DNA from: a virus
Reading direction: 5' to 3' (one strand)
IMG/VR virus record: IMGVR_UViG_3300033508_000321
DNA: 64,000 nt
How positions within the stretch are numbered: position 1 is the stretch's first letter; the number at the start of each line of letters is the position of its first letter. Positions 34,649-42,967 of this stretch are shown here, piece after piece. A program made the position numbers and the translations under genes. Below the pieces are notes generated by a model. The model saw only the letters and a list, made by a program, of their open reading frames with translations. It was not told the DNA's origin and did no database searches.

Positions 34649-35809
34649 ATGACAACAATCAATTTCAACCCAAAACGAACCACTCAGGTTAAAGACGATT
34701 TTCGTTTTTACAAAGTAATAGAATCAGCCTTTGAAATTAAGGCAGAGGAGGTAGCAATACCTTACGAAACGGTGTATTCGAGTCGTACGGGTATGACCAT
34801 GGCAATCAGAGCACGCATCCCCGCCGATGTACGTATAGTAGATTGTGAAACCCAGCGTACGAAATTCAACGACAAAATTTCACTGTCACAAATAGGACGC
34901 AAAGGCACACCAATGATTATCCTACATGAATGGAAAGATAGTCAAACCGTAACCTTTGCAATCAGCGAAGCAAAGTACGGTATATGGAAACAAGCAGAAA
35001 CTGAACTCAATGTTTTCTGTATATACAAGTCCGACAACACAAAGGATCATACATATCAACTTAATGTTCACACTTGTAAGAGGGATAACCTCCGTGAGCT
35101 GCATCGCATAATAAGCCCTATGGCTGGGTTTGACCAGCCAAAAATAGGTGAGGAGTCAATAAGTATATTCAAAAACTTGGTAGTTGACCGCTTCGATGAT
35201 TATTTCATCACATCGAAGGGGTGTGCGTACTACAAGTTTGGCAGGTACAATCCGCTGGTGGAGTTCGATATGCTAATTCCCGGAAATGATTATTGGGAAG
35301 TTGCGAACGAGACAGGAATGGATGAGCGTACGTACAACGTATTGAAGCGCATGCGTACTGAGTTTACGGTGGTTACATATGGTATGCTATATGCCGAAAT
35401 AACCATGACCCACCTTGAAATAGGTGAGGATTTTGCTGTATTTACAAATGGTAAAAAACAGCTATATATCTACGAAGGCAGTACACAGTACTATGAGTAC
35501 GAGGATGAAAAAGGCGAATGCACAGCATCTGAAATGCGTTACAGCTGCCGCAAAAAAGAAATTTTTTACTTGCGTAGCCAGAATGACGCCGCAAGAATTT
35601 TAGAAAAAATAAATAGTATATCAGACGATACCGTTTTTACGGTAACTGATTCGTATCTTGCTGGTAACTGCGCGGTTGGTACCAGCAATTTTATGAAAAA
35701 ATATAATTTAAAAAGCCCCATCAGTATTGGTGACCTAAGGCAGCACCCTCAGTATGTCGAGTTGCTAAGTAACGCTAGATTTCTAGCGGTGCTAGTTGGG
35801 AAAGAGTAG
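34649..35809 (+). CDS. Cassette 1 cargo: 386-aa protein of unknown function
   Basis: Long ORF between module copy A and the GGGGCGAAAGCCCC hairpin. No motif recognised. Confidence 0.6.
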   Translation: MTTINFNPKRTTQVKDDFRFYKVIESAFEIKAEEVAIPYETVYSSRTGMTMAIRARIPADVRIVDCETQRTKFNDKISLSQIGRKGTPMIILHEWKDSQTVTFAISEAKYGIWKQAETELNVFCIYKSDNTKDHTYQLNVHTCKRDNLRELHRIISPMAGFDQPKIGEESISIFKNLVVDRFDDYFITSKGCAYYKFGRYNPLVEFDMLIPGNDYWEVANETGMDERTYNVLKRMRTEFTVVTYGMLYAEITMTHLEIGEDFAVFTNGKKQLYIYEGSTQYYEYEDEKGECTASEMRYSCRKKEIFYLRSQNDAARILEKINSISDDTVFTVTDSYLAGNCAVGTSNFMKKYNLKSPISIGDLRQHPQYVELLSNARFLAVLVGKE

Positions 35810-35817
35810 TAAAAAAC

Positions 35818-35831
35818 GGGGCGAAAGCCCC
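35818..35831 (+). terminator. Cassette 3' hairpin GGGGC-GAAA-GCCCC (copy 1)
   Basis: 5-bp GC stem with a GNRA loop, 9 nt after the stop. Followed by only TTT, so terminator function is uncertain. Confidence 0.4.
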
Positions 35832-35928
35832 TTTAAAACCTAGATAATTATGTTTTAATATGAATTTTTTAGATATAGAAGTTTCGGAGAAACTTATACT
35901 CTGTAAGTAATTAATAAGCTAAAGTAAC

Positions 35929-36162
35929 ATGATACACGATTTGGACAACGTTTTATTAAGCCCTCGTATAGAGGCAACATGGCTGACAATGCTAACTACT
36001 ATGAGTAGTGAGCTTATGGAGAAATACCCTGATTTAACACTGGGTGAAGTACCCGACGAACAGTTACGGGTACTACCAAGTGGTAATGCCGAGTTATTCA
36101 TCCAAGTTCGTGAAAGCGAACTGAAACTAGCAGTACCAAGGGACGAATACGCAATAGTTTAA
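35929..36162 (+). CDS. Hypothetical protein
   Basis: 77-aa ORF upstream of the AAA+ gene. Confidence 0.45.
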   Translation: MIHDLDNVLLSPRIEATWLTMLTTMSSELMEKYPDLTLGEVPDEQLRVLPSGNAELFIQVRESELKLAVPRDEYAIV

Positions 36163-36170
36163 ATAGTGTA

Positions 36171-37322
36171 ATGGAAAAACTAGTTTACGTAAAAAAAAGG
36201 GAGGGGAACTGGTATGTAGAACCAAATACCCTAATAAGTCAGCCTAGCGTTAGCAACATAAACCAATGGTATGACTTCGATATTTCAGGAAAGAGAATGA
36301 TCCTCAGACCGCAGCATCCCGGTTACAATGATGGTGACATAATCGGCTTTAAATCCGCCGCTTTTTTTCCTGATGATGACTACGTAGGTGCAGGTGCAGA
36401 ATGGACAGAGGTATGTATTTCCGGTGTATGGAAACACGAACCATACTTCGAGAAATATCCATCGGCAAAACCAAAAATTCGTGAGTTGGATATCTTGAAA
36501 AAGAACATCGAACCGATGACAATAGAAGCAAGTGGATTTGCTATTGATACCGATTTGTGGTACTACCTGCTACTACTGATGAAACAAGGTAAGCAGGTGC
36601 TACTAAGCGGTGCGAGCGGTAGCGGAAAAACGGAGCTACCGATGTACTTAGTTAAACATTTGAACGGATTGAAAAACGTTAGCGCACGAAAACTTGATAT
36701 CTTTGATATGGCAGTGAGTAACCCGGAGGCGAATTTCAAAGGTCAGATGCATATGGTTAACGGTACAACCGAATTTGTATATAGCAGATTCGCAAAAAGG
36801 ATTCAAGAACCTCACCAAGTGATAGTACTGGACGAGGTAAACCGTGGTGACTTGGACGTGCAAAATATGCTGATGCCGTTGTTCGATGGACGTAGAACTC
36901 TATTTGTAGAGCGTGGACATACCGAAGAGATAAAAGCACACCCCACTACCGTTTTTTGGGCGACTGCCAATGTAGGTAACGAATTTGCGGGTACAAACAT
37001 GATTGACTTAGCATTCCTGCAACGTTTTCATGTGGTAGAAGTGCCATTTCCAAAACCAGAGGACGAAGTAAAAGTACTCGAGATGCGTACTAGGGTTGAA
37101 CATGATTCGGCTGTAAAACTGGTAAAATTGGCGGGAAAAGTTCGTGAAAACCCTAGTATAAAACCAATATCCACACGCCAGTTAATTTTTACATCTGAGC
37201 TAGTCGTGGCAGGTTATCCAATAGTGAAAGCAATAGAACTTTCAATCCTTACTCAGTACCCTACTGATGGGTTTTCAGGCGGTGACCGTGGAATAGTAAA
37301 AGCAGAAATTTTGAAGCTATGA
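36171..37322 (+). CDS. AAA+ ATPase, MoxR/CobS-like
   Basis: Walker A LLSGASGSGKTE. Walker B VIVLDEVNRGD. ATGA-coupled to the vWA gene. Confidence 0.75.
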   Translation: MEKLVYVKKREGNWYVEPNTLISQPSVSNINQWYDFDISGKRMILRPQHPGYNDGDIIGFKSAAFFPDDDYVGAGAEWTEVCISGVWKHEPYFEKYPSAKPKIRELDILKKNIEPMTIEASGFAIDTDLWYYLLLLMKQGKQVLLSGASGSGKTELPMYLVKHLNGLKNVSARKLDIFDMAVSNPEANFKGQMHMVNGTTEFVYSRFAKRIQEPHQVIVLDEVNRGDLDVQNMLMPLFDGRRTLFVERGHTEEIKAHPTTVFWATANVGNEFAGTNMIDLAFLQRFHVVEVPFPKPEDEVKVLEMRTRVEHDSAVKLVKLAGKVRENPSIKPISTRQLIFTSELVVAGYPIVKAIELSILTQYPTDGFSGGDRGIVKAEILKL

Positions 37323-38992
37323 GAGTATTCGATGCATTAAAAACTGACTGGCTTGGACGTGGTGAAAACTATGTGAAACGTGCAGAATTAACTTTTGATT
37401 TGTTAACGCTTGAACCTTATTCTACTTTCATGTACAAAATACCGGCGGGTGCAGTTAGTTTCGTACAACCGCTCACCACTAAATTTGTCAGCACGATAAA
37501 ACCGGTGACGATAAAGTATAGCGATAAAGGTAGCAGCACTGATGGTAAGCAAATTATAATCAGCACCGAGCCAGAGGCTACTTTAGAACCACAGAAAGCG
37601 TTGGACGTGATGATCGGTCTGGGATGCCGTGAAGTAGCGCACATCATGTATACAACATTTGAGGTGGAGAAAAATGAGGTTTTGCGAGCGATTATAAACA
37701 TTGTAGAGGATGAACGTATAGAGGATCGAATGGTAACAGATTTGCCCGGCGTTTTTCCATTCTTACAGCGTGCAAAAGCGTTCTTTTTTGACAGAATACC
37801 CGATGCGCCTAAAAACGAATTACAAGAGATATTTTTGGCCTTTTTACGCTTAGTACGTTACCCTGCTACACTACCCGAGGAATTAGCTGATAAGTATAAT
37901 GATGTGCTGGAACAGATACTTGAAATCTTGACACCGTACCCGAGCACGTTCGAAGAGGTAAAAATTGCATCGAAAAAAATATACGAACTGTTTCTACAAT
38001 TCATGGACGAGCAAGAAGAACAGCAACAACGGAATGAGCAAGGCGAAAGTGAGGATGTGGAAGAGGGCGAAGGGCAAAGCAGTGGTGAGGAATCTACTGA
38101 GGAAAAAATGCTACGTATGCTGAAAAGTTTGGCGCAAGCATTAGAACCAGAGGTAGAAGGTGAAAAGCCAGAGGATACTCGAATACTACCAACCGAGGGC
38201 ACGTGTGATGTATTTTCGGTAAGGTGGCAAAAACCCGGCGGAATGATAAAAGGTAAACCTGACTTAAGTAGCGTAGCAGCTATCCGCCGTGAATTTCTAC
38301 CGATTGACTATACCAAGAAACACGTGCTACACAATAAAAATAGCGGTAGCTTAGATGATACTGAACTGGTACGAGGCTTTGCCGGTAGTAAGAACATCTA
38401 CGAGGTAACATCATACGGAAAAGCCGATATTTTGAATCTTGTTCTTTTGGTGGATCAATCTGGTAGCATGGATGGTAGCCGAATAGAAATGGCAAGAAAC
38501 GTAGCTATAATCGTGAGGGAAGCAACACGTGGATTTTCATTTATTCGCTTTTTTGCTTATGGTCATTCTACTGAGGATAGTGGTAGACCTACACCTACGG
38601 ACTTAGATATTTTTTGCGAAAAGGGCGTGGATAAATTGGATTCGATACAAGCGAAAAATGCTTGCAATCGTGATGGTAGCGCAATCATGGAGGTTACTGC
38701 TCGAGTACAAGCATTAAGCCCCTACAAAACTGTTATTCTGATGATCAGCGATGGCCAACCGAATGCCTTAGTACCACACGGGTTTACGGATGAAAGTTTT
38801 ATACGTCACGCAGTAAAATTTGCGGAAAAACGGAAAACCAAAATAGCACACATAAGCATGGTAGGTTTATCGTGGAAAAACGTATACGCATACGAGATGG
38901 ATGCAAGCAGTAATTTTACCATGAAAATGGTACTGATGCTTAGACAGGTATTGAAAGATAATTTTGCTCAAAATGTGTTAACAAAACTTTAA
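37319..38992 (+). CDS. von Willebrand factor A (vWA) domain protein, CobT-like
   Basis: Central acidic tract EEQQQRNEQGESEDVEEGEGQSSGEESTEE. MIDAS motif LLVDQSGSMDGSR. Confidence 0.75.
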   Translation: MRVFDALKTDWLGRGENYVKRAELTFDLLTLEPYSTFMYKIPAGAVSFVQPLTTKFVSTIKPVTIKYSDKGSSTDGKQIIISTEPEATLEPQKALDVMIGLGCREVAHIMYTTFEVEKNEVLRAIINIVEDERIEDRMVTDLPGVFPFLQRAKAFFFDRIPDAPKNELQEIFLAFLRLVRYPATLPEELADKYNDVLEQILEILTPYPSTFEEVKIASKKIYELFLQFMDEQEEQQQRNEQGESEDVEEGEGQSSGEESTEEKMLRMLKSLAQALEPEVEGEKPEDTRILPTEGTCDVFSVRWQKPGGMIKGKPDLSSVAAIRREFLPIDYTKKHVLHNKNSGSLDDTELVRGFAGSKNIYEVTSYGKADILNLVLLVDQSGSMDGSRIEMARNVAIIVREATRGFSFIRFFAYGHSTEDSGRPTPTDLDIFCEKGVDKLDSIQAKNACNRDGSAIMEVTARVQALSPYKTVILMISDGQPNALVPHGFTDESFIRHAVKFAEKRKTKIAHISMVGLSWKNVYAYEMDASSNFTMKMVLMLRQVLKDNFAQNVLTKL

Positions 38993-39050
38993 CAAGCGTA
39001 CGGGTAAGTAACTAAGTGAAATACAACTATATTTACAAGAAATAAACAAC

Positions 39051-39869
39051 ATGGCAAATCCATTGAAGGAAATAAAGAAAATGATAGATGACCCGATGCA
39101 AGCGGTTGTGTATGATTTGCCCTCAGGTACGAGGGATGAGTATAAAGACCGTTTGCGAGATTTTAAGGGTATGATTGACCAGTATTTAGATGGTCAGATA
39201 CGTAGTAAACACATTGCTTTGGCCGCTTTTGAACTGGCATTCTGGCAATTTAAACGTAGCTACGGTGGTGGTTTTCACCCGAGTGAAGTAAGTAAAGGCG
39301 ATTACTGCAAAAGAAAATTGTACTTCGAATACGTAGGTACAGAACCTGAAAAAAGTCGGAGTTTCAGTCAGCAAACTATGCGTATCTTTAATCTCGGTAC
39401 TATGGTGCATTTGTATATGCAGTATGTACTGTTGAAAGAAAAAGTAATTACCGATTTCGAAGTGCCGGTGGTGAGCAAAACCCTAGGAATAAACGGTAGT
39501 GCTGATGGTGAAAACACGGCGGAAGAGATAACGTTTGAAATAAAAACGATGTCTTCATTCATCTTCGCAAAACTGGTTGAACCGGTAAAGGAACACGTCA
39601 GACAGGCAACAATGTACGCTTATCCTAGAGGTATGAAACGTATAAGACTAATTTATGTGAATAAAGATTCGCTCGAGTTAAAAACGTTTTTAGTGCCCTT
39701 AGATATGGATTTCCTGAATCAATTTGCCGAGGTAGTATTCGAGTTAAAAACGCTGAAGAAAGAAAACGAAAAAAGCGGGGTGGAAACCCTACCTGAAAAA
39801 CGCTGTAAAAATCGCATGGATAACCGAGCACTCGAATGTCCGTTTGCCAATAAATGTTTTGAAGCATGA
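39051..39869 (+). CDS. Cas4/RecB-family PD-(D/E)xK exonuclease with Cys cluster
   Basis: N-terminal Cys (DYCKRKLYF). GSADGE...ITFEIKT (D...ExK). RQATMYAY (QxxxY). C-terminal CKNRMDNRALECPFANKC. Confidence 0.7.
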   Translation: MANPLKEIKKMIDDPMQAVVYDLPSGTRDEYKDRLRDFKGMIDQYLDGQIRSKHIALAAFELAFWQFKRSYGGGFHPSEVSKGDYCKRKLYFEYVGTEPEKSRSFSQQTMRIFNLGTMVHLYMQYVLLKEKVITDFEVPVVSKTLGINGSADGENTAEEITFEIKTMSSFIFAKLVEPVKEHVRQATMYAYPRGMKRIRLIYVNKDSLELKTFLVPLDMDFLNQFAEVVFELKTLKKENEKSGVETLPEKRCKNRMDNRALECPFANKCFEA

Positions 39870-40369
39870 AAAAAGCGGTAAAATATCCATTTTTAGACGA
39901 TATACCCGAGGATCTGGTATTAAAGATAGAACGCCTGTATAAAATATATGCTAAGCTAGGTTTACAAGAGCAAAGCGATGTACCGGACACGCTAATGAAT
40001 TACCCGAGCACGATTTCTTCACTCAGTACGTATGATGTTGCGGATTTACACGCAAATTATACAGCATGGTCAGGTTTTACAAGCGATAAATTCAAATACT
40101 TAATGGCTGCTACTTTGGTGTTAAAATCGGAACTCGAAAGCAAGATAAACCAGAAAATAGCCATTACCACATACCCAAAAGGTGTGACCGCATTAGAGAA
40201 AAAAGCAAGGGCGGCAAATGGTACAAACGTTATTCAGTTAAAGGAAAAACTAGAGGAATTAGAAGCACTAGGCGAAATGATAAAAATTGAACGTGAAAGA
40301 CTTGATATGCAGGTTATGGCATTACGTAGTGAACTAAGAAGAAGGGAAGCAGAATATGGGAACGCATAA
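39866..40369 (+). CDS. Hypothetical coiled-coil protein
   Basis: ATGA-coupled. C-terminal heptad-like E/L/K-rich region. Confidence 0.5.
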   Translation: MKKAVKYPFLDDIPEDLVLKIERLYKIYAKLGLQEQSDVPDTLMNYPSTISSLSTYDVADLHANYTAWSGFTSDKFKYLMAATLVLKSELESKINQKIAITTYPKGVTALEKKARAANGTNVIQLKEKLEELEALGEMIKIERERLDMQVMALRSELRRREAEYGNA

Positions 40370-40799
40370 AGGAACTTGGAAACATTTTGAACGTGAAGTA
40401 GCCGCTTACTTCGGATCTCACCGTGTACCGTTATCCGGGATGAGTAATTACATTCAAAAAGGTGATGTATTGCATGAGTTTCTTCATGTAGAATGCAAGT
40501 ACAGGGCACAGTGGCCGAAGTACGTACCCTTGGAATTTGCCGGGCGACTTATCATAAATGGTGAGTATGTGATGTGGTGCAAACCGGTAGGTAAGAACGG
40601 TAAAAAAGGCGAAGAAATAGTAGCTGAAGCAATCTTGAGGGAGGGTACATCACTGGAGGTATTATTTGCTTACACAGAAAAAGAAGCGGCGGAAAAAATT
40701 CCGGTGGTAGCGCTAAAGAAAAAAGGGCACGTAGGATTTGTGCTGATGTGCAGAAAAGAACATTACGAAAAAGTAAAAAGTTATGTGGTACAAAATTAA
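40356..40799 (+). CDS. Second Hjc-like PD-(D/E)xK nuclease
   Basis: FEREVAAYFGSHRVPLSGMSNYIQKGDVLHEFLHVECKY has the same SG...D...E-x-K pattern as 34140-34469. Confidence 0.5.
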   Translation: MGTHKGTWKHFEREVAAYFGSHRVPLSGMSNYIQKGDVLHEFLHVECKYRAQWPKYVPLEFAGRLIINGEYVMWCKPVGKNGKKGEEIVAEAILREGTSLEVLFAYTEKEAAEKIPVVALKKKGHVGFVLMCRKEHYEKVKSYVVQN

Positions 40800-41172
40800 C
40801 AAAGAGAATTTAGAACCTACCATGCAGGTAGCACACCGACCAAAAATAACACCGCTAGAGGTGTTCAGAAAATTGGCGGCAGAGGTAACAGACGATGCAC
40901 TTATAACGTATTTAGAAGTGCTTAGGAAACGTTTCTACGTAGAAGAAAGAATACTTGTACACAATGTCGGTTTGCTCACACACATGGAAAAAAACAACGT
41001 GCTGAGCGAAGTTGTAAACCGTATTCAGCATCTAGGATTGAAGGGCGAAATAAAGCGGGAAAATGTGCTGGCGTTTCTTGCTTTGCTCAAATATCACTAC
41101 TCAATAAACGTAGAAAATTTGGGTGGAAAAGATCGTTTAACAGTGTTAAATTACTTTTATGAGCGTAGCTAG
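40783..41172 (+). CDS. Hypothetical protein
   Basis: 129-aa ORF overlapping its neighbours by 17 and 14 nt. Confidence 0.5.
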   Translation: MWYKINKENLEPTMQVAHRPKITPLEVFRKLAAEVTDDALITYLEVLRKRFYVEERILVHNVGLLTHMEKNNVLSEVVNRIQHLGLKGEIKRENVLAFLALLKYHYSINVENLGGKDRLTVLNYFYERS

Positions 41173-41458
41173 GGTAGAAAGCATAAAGCTATCAGAGGTA
41201 ACACATGAGCGTGATTTCGTACTCAAAACGCTGGGTTTTGCTAATCGTCAGTGGGAAAGTAGTAGGCTGCAGCTTACTTTTGGCGAGGCACTGGGTGTTT
41301 TTCGGGCAGTTACTGAGCTAGGGTCGTTTGTTGGTATGTCAGCGCACACGCCTCAGATGTTTATTTTTGTTGACGTGAACATAAAGAGTCACGCAGCAAT
41401 GGACATGGTAGCCAATTTAGAGTACAGATGTAAAGTAAAAACGGCAAAAGATTTTTAA
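41159..41458 (+). CDS. Small paralog 1 (C-terminal LEYRCKVK motif)
   Basis: Shares the C-terminal (L/I)E(Y/F)xC(K/R/E)(V/I)K motif with the next three ORFs. Confidence 0.5.
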   Translation: MSVARVESIKLSEVTHERDFVLKTLGFANRQWESSRLQLTFGEALGVFRAVTELGSFVGMSAHTPQMFIFVDVNIKSHAAMDMVANLEYRCKVKTAKDF

Positions 41459-41462
41459 TGTT

Positions 41463-41759
41463 ATGAGTTTCCAAACCTACGCAGGTAAACAAGCAATGAA
41501 AGACATAGTTTTTTCTTTCGAGGACTTAGCTCGGAAGGTTACATGGGTAAAAGGGCAAGCACCAACAAATGCAGAATACGAAAAACGGGCGAAAATAAAC
41601 GGGAAACTGACCATGTATAGAGATTGGGTAAAAGCACCTACAACAATAGGTACGGTAGACTATATAAGTGATACCGGATGGCATTTCACAAACTCAGGTT
41701 TGGACGTAATTAGTTGGGATAAACTTGTAAACCTTGAGTACCTATGTCGAGTGAAGTAG
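41463..41759 (+). CDS. Small paralog 2 (ends NLEYLCRVK)
   Basis: IVFSFEDLARKVTW aligns with MVFSVDDLYKKVSY of paralog 3. The stop lies inside the next gene's first 16 nt. Confidence 0.55.
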   Translation: MSFQTYAGKQAMKDIVFSFEDLARKVTWVKGQAPTNAEYEKRAKINGKLTMYRDWVKAPTTIGTVDYISDTGWHFTNSGLDVISWDKLVNLEYLCRVK

Positions 41760-42016
41760 ATTGGATGTTAACATCAGCTAAAATGGTTTTTTCGGTGGAT
41801 GATCTATACAAGAAAGTAAGCTATGCTGTAATGGTGAAAGGTACAGATTTTAGAGAGATAATGAAAGAGGGTATAGCTGATAATTTCTGGCTGCTCAGAG
41901 GCGTTTTAAGCTGTGGTGTAGTTACGAAATTTAAAGTCGGTGAAATACATTACCCAAATACAGTTGTGAAGTTTGCCCAACTTAAATACATAGAATACCA
42001 ATGCGAGATAAAATAA
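41744..42016 (+). CDS. Small paralog 3 (ends YIEYQCEIK)
   Basis: 16-nt overlap at both ends. Confidence 0.55.
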   Translation: MSSEVDWMLTSAKMVFSVDDLYKKVSYAVMVKGTDFREIMKEGIADNFWLLRGVLSCGVVTKFKVGEIHYPNTVVKFAQLKYIEYQCEIK

Positions 42017-42234
42017 TATACGATGCCGATTCAGTTTACAGAATTTCCGGGAAAACGGTTCTTGACTTAGAAGATGGAAAAAGTAAACGGCGGGTGGGAA
42101 AACCTTATTTCTTGCAAGATTTAAGAATGTTCAAAACCATAAACAAAGAGATAAACATAAAAATGCCGGGAAGCGAGTATTTCGTGAAAAGAAAAGCGGC
42201 GGAAATAATGGAATTTATATGCGAAGTGAAATAA
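42001..42234 (+). CDS. Small paralog 4 (ends IMEFICEVK)
   Basis: 16-nt overlap at both ends. Confidence 0.55.
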   Translation: MRDKIIYDADSVYRISGKTVLDLEDGKSKRRVGKPYFLQDLRMFKTINKEINIKMPGSEYFVKRKAAEIMEFICEVK

Positions 42235-42587
42235 CACTTGACCCAAATAGTACTCTCAGCGATTACTATTCAATGTTTTGTGCTGACGCACAAATTACAA
42301 ATAAGAAAAACACCATGAAAACAATGACTCGGACAGAAAAAAGAAATACTTTATTACTTGCTAAAGTAACAGTAAGCCCACTAACGGTGGAATCAGAGAA
42401 AGCCTTTTTTAAAAGCCGGGTTAAAGAGCAGCATTTAGCTCTTATTGTGACTGATGATAACCTTTGGAAAGGATACCAGAGTTACAACGCTCTGATGAAA
42501 GAATCGGGTGATACCGATTACAAACACCTAACTTCTAAAGAAGTATTAGTACTGAGGGAGGAAATAAAAAAGGAATTTAACTTATGA
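42219..42587 (+). CDS. Hypothetical protein (starts in the conserved 16-nt junction)
   Basis: Starts MRSEI, like paralog starts MSSEV/MRDKI. The body is not obviously paralogous. Confidence 0.5.
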   Translation: MRSEITLDPNSTLSDYYSMFCADAQITNKKNTMKTMTRTEKRNTLLLAKVTVSPLTVESEKAFFKSRVKEQHLALIVTDDNLWKGYQSYNALMKESGDTDYKHLTSKEVLVLREEIKKEFNL

Positions 42588-42967
42588 TTGTTACCCTATT
42601 CCATGATTACGAAGTAGTAAAAAAGCTACGTACCTCAACACTTGTGCGCATCTTTTTTGACCGCAAAGGTAAGAATACTGATGTATTTTACCTATCCGCT
42701 AAACAACTGGATAAGCTGCATGCATCATACAGCAAAGTACAAAATTCAAGGGTAAAAGATACCCACGGGTTGGTTGTTATTGATGATGATAGATTTGTAT
42801 GGTCTGGTGTTGAATTTCCTGATTATTCAGACCGTGAAAACCTTTGTAAGCATTTTTCTGGCGGTTTTTCATCTATTTACGAGAAAGTAGAAGTTACAAA
42901 GGAAACGCACACCCCCGAAGAAGTAAAACCCGTAGAAACAAAACCGAATGATGATCTTGTTAGATGA
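42584..42967 (+). CDS. Hypothetical protein
   Basis: ATGA-coupled 127-aa ORF. Confidence 0.5.
   Translation: MIVTLFHDYEVVKKLRTSTLVRIFFDRKGKNTDVFYLSAKQLDKLHASYSKVQNSRVKDTHGLVVIDDDRFVWSGVEFPDYSDRENLCKHFSGGFSSIYEKVEVTKETHTPEEVKPVETKPNDDLVR

Noticed and set aside
35818-35831. GGGGCGAAAGCCCC as a classical rho-independent terminator
   Set aside because: This is not fully rejected, but the stem is only 5 bp and is followed by at most TTT (TTAC at copy 4). I therefore call it a cassette-end hairpin (possible RNA-stability or processing element) rather than a confident terminator.
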